Assembly (NCBI GenBank): GCA_030672385.1
Contig: DAOVGN010000087.1
Span: forward strand, 1 to 41,457
Origin: Deltaproteobacteria bacterium
Lineage (GTDB): Bacteria; Desulfobacterota; B13-G15; RBG-16-54-18
DNA length: 41,457 bases
Direction of reading: 5' to 3'
Made by a program: the position numbers and the translations under genes. This document shows, one piece after another, positions 30,268-37,798 of this stretch (positions are counted from its first letter, which is position 1; each line of letters opens with the position of its first letter). The notes below the pieces were generated by a model, which worked only from the letters and a program-made list of their open reading frames with translations, did not search any database and was not told the origin of the DNA.

Positions 30268-30295
30268 TTGAATTTAAAAACAGCTGTACTATAAT
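30268..30295 (+). promoter_or_regulatory. Putative sigma-70 promoter for the ferredoxin-nitroreductase gene
   Basis: TTGAAT (30268-30273), 16-nt spacer, TATAAT (30290-30295). Confidence 0.4.
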
Positions 30296-30401
30296 ATCAC
30301 ATTATAAGCCTCCAAGGCTCTTGTCGGCAAGACACAGTGTAATGAGGACTTATGAAAGCCTGTATCAACAAATACGCATAAGGATAGAGGGCAAGTGAGT
30401 T

Positions 30402-31283
30402 ATGAAACGCACCTATACCCCACCAGAGGTAATTACTGAAAGGTGCACCGGCTGCGGCATGTGCGTTGAGGTCTGCCCAAGCTTCGTGCTCGATATGGTG
30501 AACGAAAAGGCGTCAGCAGTGAGAGGAGAATGGTGTATTGGCTGCGGACACTGCGGGGCTGTCTGTCCTGTTGAAGCCGTGCTCCATGAGGCGATTGCCG
30601 TCGAAAAGGGCCCAGAGCTAGGACCGGGTCCAGCCACCCCCCCTGAGGTGCTCCTGCTCCTGCTTCGCGAGAGGCGCTCAGTAAGGGTCTATCGCGACGA
30701 GCCTATAGAAAAAGAGGTACTGGAGAGAATCCTCGATGCTGGACGATACGCCCCAACTGGAAGAAACAGCCAGAACGTCCACTACGTGGTATTGAAATCG
30801 CCTGAGGAGATCGCCCAGTTGCGGGAGATGACCTTAGCGTTTTATGAGAAGATCTTTGCGCAGGTGCGGGGACGGGTTGGCGCCTTCTTTTTAAACCTGT
30901 TCGTCGGCCGCAGGATGGTGGAGTACCTGCGGGAATCCATTCCCAAGGTTGATCACGCGAAGGAACTGATAGAACAGGGAGAGGACTGTCTGTTTTATCA
31001 TGCGCCTGCTGTAATGGTGGTCCACGCCGAATCGTGGGACTCCTGTTCTGCGTTTAACTGCGCAGTGGCACTCTATAACTGCTCACTGATGACCCATACG
31101 TTAGGGGTTGGATGTTGCTTCAACGGGTACCTGGAGAGCGCAATAAACAACGGCCGCAGGATCAAAAAGTGGCTCGGTATTCCTCGTGATCACCGCTGCT
31201 TTGGAGCAATGACGCTTGGATACCAGGAGGTAAAATACCAGCAGCTCGTAGGGCGCGACCCTGCGAAGGTGATGTGGCGTTAA
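30402..31283 (+). CDS. Nitroreductase-family protein with an N-terminal 2x[4Fe-4S] ferredoxin domain
   Basis: CTGCGMCVEVCP and CIGCGHCGAVCP motifs, followed by a nitroreductase fold (RRSVRVYRDEPI...ILDAGRYAPTGRNSQN). Confidence 0.85.
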   Translation: MKRTYTPPEVITERCTGCGMCVEVCPSFVLDMVNEKASAVRGEWCIGCGHCGAVCPVEAVLHEAIAVEKGPELGPGPATPPEVLLLLLRERRSVRVYRDEPIEKEVLERILDAGRYAPTGRNSQNVHYVVLKSPEEIAQLREMTLAFYEKIFAQVRGRVGAFFLNLFVGRRMVEYLRESIPKVDHAKELIEQGEDCLFYHAPAVMVVHAESWDSCSAFNCAVALYNCSLMTHTLGVGCCFNGYLESAINNGRRIKKWLGIPRDHRCFGAMTLGYQEVKYQQLVGRDPAKVMWR

Positions 31284-31378
31284 CGTGGTTGATTTTTGTG
31301 TTTGAATCGCTAGAATGGGAGAAGAATGAGGGAATCATGCGGAGTATAGATTGGAATCGGGGATAACAGGAGGCGTAT

Positions 31379-31537
31379 ATGTCTATCGTCAAAAATCTAG
31401 CAAAGGGTGAGAGGGCTGTCCGCATCATCCTGGGTGGTATACTTATTGTTGGGGGCCTTTTTCTGGCCGGATGGTGGAAGCCGCTCTCCATCCTCATAGG
31501 CGTCTGTCTGGTGGCCAGCGCCTTTGCCGGATACTGA
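31379..31537 (+). CDS. DUF2892/YgaP-like small membrane protein. 52 codons to the first TGA; ends at 31543 if that TGA is decoded as Sec.
   Basis: Not in the ORF track. AGGAGG (31368-31373) lies 5 nt before the ATG. MSIVKNLAKGERAVRIILGGILIVGGLFLAGWWKPLSILIGVCLVASAFAGY-TGA-CCC-TGA. The N..ER..RI.LG...WW...G motif pattern fits the family as I recall it. Confidence 0.6.
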   Translation: MSIVKNLAKGERAVRIILGGILIVGGLFLAGWWKPLSILIGVCLVASAFAGY

Positions 31538-31553
31538 CCCTGAAAGGGTTTTA

Positions 31554-31571
31554 TGCTGAAGGTCTTCAGCA
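31554..31571. other. 7-bp hairpin with a GGUC tetraloop. Could be SECIS-like or a shared 3'-end structure of convergent genes.
   Basis: TGCTGAA-GGTC-TTCAGCA. No U-tract on either strand. A weaker CCCT-GAA-AGGG plus TTTT lies at 31538-31552. Confidence 0.35.
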
Positions 31572-31629
31572 AGAAATAGCCGACGGGAGGGGATGGAACA
31601 TCACGCTGAGCAATCTCTCCGATTACGAA

Positions 31630-32463
31630 TCAGAGAAAAACGCCTCTTCCGAACCAGATCAAGGAAACAAACCCCACAGCGAAGCAGTAGTAGGAAAATC
31701 GTTCAAGCCGTCCCCGGCGGATCACCCCCAACAGCCATTTCAAAGCGATCGTGCCAGAGATGTAAGCAGCAATCGTGCCAACGAGCAATGTGACGGCCTG
31801 CTGTGAGGGCACACCGGTTTGGAACAGCTCCACGCCTTCCAGCACAGCGGCACCGAGAATAGCTGGCAAGGCCAGCAGGAATGAAAACCTGGCGGCCTCG
31901 CTACGATCCACACCCAAGTACATTGCTGCAGCGATGGTAGAACCTGAGCGCGAGATCCCCGGCAAGATGGCAAAACCCTGGGCAACGCCGATCAGCAACG
32001 CCCTCACCATGCCAAACCGGGTATCACGAGGCTTGGTCCAGCGTGTACCCAGAAGGAGGGTGCCGGTAACGAGCAATGCGAGGGAGACAAATACCGGGCT
32101 CGAAAAGGCAGCTTTAATTTCGCTCTCAAACAGCAGCCCTACCACCACCGCCGGAATGGTGCCCAGTGCGATCAGGATCGCCAGCCGCAAAAAGAAGTCT
32201 TCACGATAGCTATGACGCCAATTGCTTGGTGATGGGTGCCGCAGCGCACGTGCCAATGCACTCAGCATATTCCAGACATCGCCCCAGAAGACCGTCAAGA
32301 CCGCCAGGAACGTCCCGAAATGGACGAATACCTCATAGGCAACCCCTTCGGTATGGACATTGAGGATTGCTTTGCCCAGGACAAGATGCCCTGAACTGCT
32401 TATCGGCAGAAACTCGGTGATCCCCTGCAATACCCCCAGCCACAATGCCTGTAGAATGCCCAT
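31630..32463 (-). CDS. uppP: Undecaprenyl-diphosphate phosphatase (BacA/UppP)
   Basis: 277 aa. N-terminal LQGITEFLPISSSGHL and PGISRSGSTI motifs. Confidence 0.92.
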   Translation of the reverse strand: MGILQALWLGVLQGITEFLPISSSGHLVLGKAILNVHTEGVAYEVFVHFGTFLAVLTVFWGDVWNMLSALARALRHPSPSNWRHSYREDFFLRLAILIALGTIPAVVVGLLFESEIKAAFSSPVFVSLALLVTGTLLLGTRWTKPRDTRFGMVRALLIGVAQGFAILPGISRSGSTIAAAMYLGVDRSEAARFSFLLALPAILGAAVLEGVELFQTGVPSQQAVTLLVGTIAAYISGTIALKWLLGVIRRGRLERFSYYCFAVGFVSLIWFGRGVFL

Positions 32464-32606
32464 TGCTCAATCCCTCTCGTCTGGTAAAAATGCTTTACAG
32501 ATTATCACGGGACTGTGCAACCTCGCTACTAGCTCACTTTGTTTAGATCAGGTTAACTAGGGAAGTATCCTGTGGTTAGAAGCAGGCGGACAAGCGGAAA
32601 CACCTA

Positions 32607-33800
32607 TCAATTCTTGCGCATCATTTGTGCAACTGCCTTTCCCAATCCATCAAGGGTCAATTCAAACATGGGGAAGATCTGCCGGATAGCACCGATGGTG
32701 TAGGTGTATTTCCATTCATAGGCCGATACTGGATTCAACCACACAGAGTGGGGGAAGGTATCGGCTATGAAATGCAGCCGCTCAATACTGGGTTTTCCCG
32801 ACCTGCCTTCAAAATAGATGGAGCCATCCCGCGCCGAGAGCTCATAGGGGGCCATGCTCGCATCACCGACGATGATGAACCTTGTCTCCGGATCAAGCCT
32901 CACCAGTTCATCAACGGGATAGGGCTTGTAGTACCGCTGCGGGTCCTCCCAAAAGTATTTGTAGATGGTATTATGGAAGAAAAAGATCCTGAGATCCTTG
33001 AACTGGGCGCGGGTGTAATTGAAGAGCGTTTGCACCACGTCAACGTAGGGCTCCATGGACCATCCGCCGTTGTCGATTACCAGTATCACCTTCAATCGGT
33101 CTTTGATGCTTCGATCAAAGACGATCTCTATTTCACCAGCGTTCTTTACGGTCTGGTAGATAGTCTTATCTATGTTGATCCTGTCCTTGGGGCCAACGGG
33201 CACCATATTCCGTAACCGCTTCAGGGCCTCACCCATCTGGGACTGCGTCAGGGGACCTTCCTGCGAGTAGTCGCGATACCGCCTATCCATGGCCACCTTG
33301 ACAGCCGACTTGTTCCTGGAAACCCCCCCAACCCTCATTCCACCCGGGTGGTAGCCGGAGTGCCCCACCGGTGACGTCCCGCCAGTACCGATCCACTTGC
33401 TGCCGCCATGGTGTGCCTCGGTCTGTTCTTTTAAGCGATCGAGAAAATACTTCATCAATTCCTTCGGGCTTAATTTGCCAAGCTCAGATTCGTCGATTCC
33501 GAGAAAATCAGCCAGGAGTTGAGGATGCTGCAACCATTCCTCGAGCAAGGCACGGGCTATCTCCGACAACTCAGACTTACTGGGTTCCTTCAGTTCTACA
33601 CCCTGGAATTGATGCGCAAATACCTGGTCGTAAAGATCAAAATAGCGCTCACTCTTCACCAGGATCGCACGGGCTGCGGTGTAAAAATCATCAACGGAGT
33701 TGATCAGCCCCATACCCAAGGCCTTTTGCAGTCGTAAAAAGGCAGTAGGGGTTACTGGTATCCCTACTTTTCGCAAGGTATAGAAGAAATCAACAAACAT
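32607..33800 (-). CDS. VWA domain protein, CoxE-like
   Basis: 397 aa. N-terminus MFVDFFYTLRKVGIPVTPTAFLRLQKAL is typical of CoxE-like proteins as I recall them. VWA core (VILVIDNGGWSM). Immediately downstream of the MoxR ATPase. Confidence 0.75.
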   Translation of the reverse strand: MFVDFFYTLRKVGIPVTPTAFLRLQKALGMGLINSVDDFYTAARAILVKSERYFDLYDQVFAHQFQGVELKEPSKSELSEIARALLEEWLQHPQLLADFLGIDESELGKLSPKELMKYFLDRLKEQTEAHHGGSKWIGTGGTSPVGHSGYHPGGMRVGGVSRNKSAVKVAMDRRYRDYSQEGPLTQSQMGEALKRLRNMVPVGPKDRINIDKTIYQTVKNAGEIEIVFDRSIKDRLKVILVIDNGGWSMEPYVDVVQTLFNYTRAQFKDLRIFFFHNTIYKYFWEDPQRYYKPYPVDELVRLDPETRFIIVGDASMAPYELSARDGSIYFEGRSGKPSIERLHFIADTFPHSVWLNPVSAYEWKYTYTIGAIRQIFPMFELTLDGLGKAVAQMMRKN

Positions 33801-33816
33801 TTTAATCGCCTACTCT

Positions 33817-34668
33817 CTAGATCTTAAAATGAGACACAGACTTTTGGGCAACAAAATAATCAGGGCTCTTTTTGAACAACACTCCCAAAAACGGAACTTG
33901 CCCTTTGATCAGGTCCTTGACCCTAAAGTCGGGATCAGCCTTCAGGGCCCTGATCCAGTTAATAAGTTCCCTGGTGGCAGGCTTCTTCTCAACGTTCTTG
34001 ATCTCCCTGAGGCGGTAAAAGGTCTGCAAGGCACTGTCGAGCAGTTCCCTGTCGACATCAGGGAAATGCACCTGGACGATGTTTCTCATCATATCAGGAT
34101 CTGGAAAGGCGATATGATGGAAATTACAGCGGCCCAGAAAGGGGTCGGAGAGATCCTTCTTTGCATTTGAGGTAATGATTACAATTGGCCGGTGTTGTGC
34201 TGCTGTGGTTTTATCGATCTCGATAATATCGAATTCCATTTGGTCCAGTATATCAAGCATATCGTCCTGAAAGTCGGTGTCGGCCTTATCGATCTCGTCT
34301 ATCAGCAAGACTACCTTTTCGTCTGTCACAAAGGACTGCCCGATTTTGCCCATCCTGATGTACTCTTCGATATTACTGACATCCCTTGTCGAATCTCCAA
34401 ATCGGCTGTCATTCAAGCGTGTCAGCGTATCGTACTGGTAGAGGGCTTCAATGAGCTTCATGCTCGATTTGACGTTCAGGACGATCAGCCTCATATTGAG
34501 GGCCTCGGCAATGGCGTGTGCCAGCATGGTCTTGCCTGTGCCGGGCTCTCCTTTGAGCAAAAGAGGCATCTCCAGGGCTATGGAGATGTTGACAATCTCG
34601 GCCAGTTCATCGTCCAGCACATATTGCGAGGCACCACCAAATTTCCTCAATTCATTCCCTTCATCCAT
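33817..34668 (-). CDS. MoxR-class AAA+ ATPase
   Basis: 283 aa. Walker A GEPGTGKT, Walker B LLIDEIDK. AAGGAG SD 7 nt upstream of the ATG. Confidence 0.85.
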   Translation of the reverse strand: MDEGNELRKFGGASQYVLDDELAEIVNISIALEMPLLLKGEPGTGKTMLAHAIAEALNMRLIVLNVKSSMKLIEALYQYDTLTRLNDSRFGDSTRDVSNIEEYIRMGKIGQSFVTDEKVVLLIDEIDKADTDFQDDMLDILDQMEFDIIEIDKTTAAQHRPIVIITSNAKKDLSDPFLGRCNFHHIAFPDPDMMRNIVQVHFPDVDRELLDSALQTFYRLREIKNVEKKPATRELINWIRALKADPDFRVKDLIKGQVPFLGVLFKKSPDYFVAQKSVSHFKI

Positions 34669-34714
34669 ACACCTACTCCTTTATGTAAAATATTTTCACG
34701 AATTTAAAATAGCA

Positions 34715-34728
34715 CAGTACATGTACTG
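34715..34728. promoter_or_regulatory. Perfect 14-nt palindrome CAGTACATGTACTG in the moxR leader, a candidate operator
   Basis: Self-complementary. Lies between the putative promoter (34753-34781) and the moxR ATG (34668). Confidence 0.35.
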
Positions 34729-34752
34729 ATGCGTAACTACCTAACGATCTAT

Positions 34753-34781
34753 ATTATAAGTATTTTACACTCATTATTCAA
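34753..34781 (-). promoter_or_regulatory. Putative sigma-70 promoter of the moxR-vwa operon
   Basis: On the minus strand: TTGAAT (34781-34776), 17-nt spacer, TATAAT (34758-34753). Confidence 0.45.
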
Positions 34782-34930
34782 CCTCAATCTTGAGTTACAT
34801 CTGAAAAAAATGGGGAAAGTACTAGGACACGATTTCCGTTGATGCCGGGGGGGTATCGTCAAATATTTATCGAAAGCTATACTCAACATAAGCCATTACA
34901 GATATAATTTTAGAGTTTTTTGTTTTTTTC

Positions 34931-34959
34931 TTGACACCATGTTGGTCGACTGTTATTCT
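34931..34959 (+). promoter_or_regulatory. Putative sigma-70 promoter of the TetR-ABC cluster
   Basis: TTGACA (34931-34936), 17-nt spacer, TATTCT (34954-34959), preceded by a T-rich tract. Confidence 0.45.
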
Positions 34960-35035
34960 GTGACTGAATGGTCGGTCGGAAATTTAAGCCATAATTTAAA
35001 TTGATTATAAATTTAATATCTTATTGACCGACCGA
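34942..35035. promoter_or_regulatory. GGTCG-type repeats overlapping the promoter and leader, candidate TetR operators
   Basis: TTGGTCGACTG inside the spacer (34942-34952). TGGTCGGTCGG at 34969-34979. Its inverted partner GACCGACCGA at 35026-35035. Three AAATTTAA blocks lie between them. Confidence 0.3.
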
Positions 35036-35713
35036 TTGGATATTACTAGAGAAGAAAACATGGTCTTACAGAACGACCAAAAAAGCCAAAAAAGAGACCT
35101 TATCATTCAGGCTGCGGCACGGGTCTTCGCCCAAAAGGGTTTTGCCGGTACGATTATGGCTGACATTGCCGAGGAAGCGGGAATCGGAAAGGGTACTATC
35201 TATGAATACTTTGAAAGCAAGGAGGACCTCTTCTTCGCCGTATTTGAATGGTTTACCCAGGAGTTGACCTCCCTGGCCATGGTCAGTGTCTCTACATTGG
35301 GAGGAACGGCGTCGGAGAGGCTGATGACCCTCGGGGAATCGCTTGTAAAGGCGGGTATGGGGATGGAGGACATGTTCTCGCTCTCTATGGAATTCTGGGC
35401 CGCCTCAGTCTCGTCACAGATGAAAAACCGCTTCAAAGAGGTATTTAAGCAAGTCTACATGGACTTCCGCCGCATCATATCCGCTCTGATTCGAGATGGG
35501 ATCGAACGCGGTGAGTTCCGGCCTGATGTGGATCCAGAATCCCTTGCTGCCGTCTTGGTCGGGAGCTGGGACGGGCTGCTTCTCCAGGCCTGGTTTGATC
35601 CCGCCTTTGATCCGCTCTCAACGGCCCGGAATTTTATGTCTGTCATCATCAAGGGCTTGAGAGCAAATCCCTCACAAGAGCGTCAAGGAAAGACCGAACA
35701 CAGGAAAGGATAA
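35024..35713 (+). CDS. TetR/AcrR-family transcriptional regulator. Start uncertain: TTG 35024 or ATG 35060.
   Basis: HTH region QAAARVFAQKGFAGTIMADIAEEAGIGKGTIYEYFESKEDLF. Confidence 0.88.
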   Translation: MTDRLDITREENMVLQNDQKSQKRDLIIQAAARVFAQKGFAGTIMADIAEEAGIGKGTIYEYFESKEDLFFAVFEWFTQELTSLAMVSVSTLGGTASERLMTLGESLVKAGMGMEDMFSLSMEFWAASVSSQMKNRFKEVFKQVYMDFRRIISALIRDGIERGEFRPDVDPESLAAVLVGSWDGLLLQAWFDPAFDPLSTARNFMSVIIKGLRANPSQERQGKTEHRKG

Positions 35714-35717
35714 AATA

Positions 35718-36494
35718 ATGGATCTTCGGAAAACGATAATTGCAACCCTTTGTGTGATCGCAGGCCTTGTACTGGTCTTTCCCAGCGCGCAACCGGTGCG
35801 GTGCGGGGGAAAGCTCTCCCCCAAGGAAATCCTGGACAGGGTGGACGACCTCTTTCGTGGTATATCAAGCCATGGCCGAATGACCATGAAAATCACCACC
35901 GCCCACTGGAAGCGATCACTCACCCTGGAGTTCTGGAGCGAAGGCAAAGAGAAATCCCTCATTCGCATCCTCGCCCCCAAAAAGGAAAAGGGCACGGCTA
36001 CCCTGCGAGTGGGGAATGATATGTGGAACTACCTACCCAAGGTCAAAAGGATCATCAAGTTGCCTTCATCAATGATGTCGGCCTCCTGGATGGGCTCGCA
36101 CTTTACCAACGACGACCTCGTCAAGGAGAGCCGCATGGCCGAAGACTATACCTTTGAAGTCACCTTTGAGGGGGAAAGGGAAGGCCACAAGATTGTGGAG
36201 GTCACCTGTCACCCCAAACCAGATGCGGCCGTGGTATGGGGAAAAGTGGTGGTCACGGTCCGACGCGTTGACTATCTTCCACTGAACTGCATCTATTATG
36301 ACGAGGATCTCTATCGTGCCCGGACCATGATCTTTTCAAAGATCGGTCGCTTTGGGGAGCGGAGACTCCCCACCGTGATGACCGTTGTCCCCGAGGACAA
36401 ACCCAATGAGAAGACAGAGGTCGTTTACGAGGAGATGACCTTTGACTTGGACCTTCCCCCACAGACATTTTCCCTGCGCTCTCTGCAGAGGTGA
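35718..36494 (+). CDS. Periplasmic LolA-like outer-membrane lipoprotein-sorting-type protein
   Basis: Signal peptide. Pattern LTLEFWSEGKEKSLIRILAPKKEKGTATLRVGNDMWNYLPKVKRIIKLPSSMMSASWMGSHFTNDDLVKESR matches the LolA_like family as I recall it. Confidence 0.7.
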   Translation: MDLRKTIIATLCVIAGLVLVFPSAQPVRCGGKLSPKEILDRVDDLFRGISSHGRMTMKITTAHWKRSLTLEFWSEGKEKSLIRILAPKKEKGTATLRVGNDMWNYLPKVKRIIKLPSSMMSASWMGSHFTNDDLVKESRMAEDYTFEVTFEGEREGHKIVEVTCHPKPDAAVVWGKVVVTVRRVDYLPLNCIYYDEDLYRARTMIFSKIGRFGERRLPTVMTVVPEDKPNEKTEVVYEEMTFDLDLPPQTFSLRSLQR

Positions 36495-36506
36495 GGAGAT
36501 GTCCTG

Positions 36507-37724
36507 ATGATAATTCTGCGTATTGCCTGGCGTAGTCTCTGGCGCAACCCCCGGCGCACCCTCATAACCGTGGCCGCAATCAGCCTCAACGCTGCCATTC
36601 TTATCGTCAGCTACAGCCTGATGGAAGGGTTCAAGGAACATGCAGTCTCTAACGCCACCAATCTGGTGGTGGGCGAAGTTCAGATCCACGTCCCCAAATA
36701 CCTGGTCGACCGTTCCCTGTACAAATCCATGAAGGATCCGAAGGCTATCCTCTCCACCCTGGACCGACATGACGTTCCCGCTGCATCCCGAAGCTATGGC
36801 TACGGTCTGGTCGCCTGCGAAAACAAATCGGCCGGGGCCCTCTTCTGGGGGGTGGATCCTACAGCAGAGAGAAATGTCTTTGATCTGGCCAAGCACATGG
36901 GCGAGGGTACTTTTATTCCCAATACACCTGCCAAGGGCATTGTCTTAGGAAAAAAGCTGGCCCGTTCATTAAACGCAAGGATTGGTTCCGAGATCGTTGT
37001 CGTGGTCCAGGCAGCAGACGGCTCTTTGGGGAACGAACTCTACAGTGTAACCGGTATCCTCAAGGCCGCAGGGGAGAGCATGGATCGAACCGCGGCCATC
37101 CTGCACCAGGCCGATTTTTCTGAGCTGTTTGTCTCCGGAGGCCGTGTTCACGAGATCGCCCTCAACTCCAAGGGCAAGCTGGCCCTTGACGAGCTGGCAA
37201 CCCTGGCCTCTCAGGTGGCTCCCCAGGCCGAGGTCAAGACCTGGCGTCAGCTCATGCCCTCCCTGTCGGACATGGTCAACATGTTTGACGCAGGCATATG
37301 GATCTTTGGGATAATCTTTTTCTTGGCTGCGGCCCTGGGTGTTATGAACACCATGCTCATGGCCACGTTTGAGCGTATGAGGGAGTTTGGAGTTCTCAAG
37401 GCCCTGGGGGCCACACCCTGGCGTATCCTGAGGGACGTGGCTGTCGAGGCCCTGGTACTGGGTTTTGTATCCGCCATCATTGGAACCATGCTGGGCCTCG
37501 GTGTCTCCTACTACCTGATGAAAACGGGCCTGGACCTCAGTATGTTTGCCGGTGATTACTCAATAGGTGGTGTGGCCTTTGATCCCGTCTGGCGGGCGAC
37601 GATCCGCCTCAAGACCGTCGTCACACCGGTGGTGGTCATGTGGATGGTCTGCTTGATCGCGTCCATTTACCCGGCGACCTTGGCTGCACGCCTGAACCCG
37701 GTCAAGACCATGGTCCGTGTGTAA
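36507..37724 (+). CDS. ABC transporter permease, FtsX/MacB-LolCE type
   Basis: 405 aa. N-terminus RIAWRSLWRNPRRTLIT, large periplasmic domain, and a C-terminal FtsX 3-TM bundle. Confidence 0.85.
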   Translation: MIILRIAWRSLWRNPRRTLITVAAISLNAAILIVSYSLMEGFKEHAVSNATNLVVGEVQIHVPKYLVDRSLYKSMKDPKAILSTLDRHDVPAASRSYGYGLVACENKSAGALFWGVDPTAERNVFDLAKHMGEGTFIPNTPAKGIVLGKKLARSLNARIGSEIVVVVQAADGSLGNELYSVTGILKAAGESMDRTAAILHQADFSELFVSGGRVHEIALNSKGKLALDELATLASQVAPQAEVKTWRQLMPSLSDMVNMFDAGIWIFGIIFFLAAALGVMNTMLMATFERMREFGVLKALGATPWRILRDVAVEALVLGFVSAIIGTMLGLGVSYYLMKTGLDLSMFAGDYSIGGVAFDPVWRATIRLKTVVTPVVVMWMVCLIASIYPATLAARLNPVKTMVRV

Positions 37725-37798
37725 CAACAAGTTGTCATTACACAAAGGCCAGTCTTTAATAAGAGAAAAACGGTCGCTATGAAAAAGAGGAAAACCCG

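Noticed and set aside
31471-31806. A 111-aa plus-strand ORF continuing past the DUF2892 gene.
   Set aside because: It is in a different frame from the DUF2892 ORF and mostly antisense to uppP. It has no DUF2892-like C-terminal motif (no PLY...G), so it does not rescue a frameshifted full-length gene.
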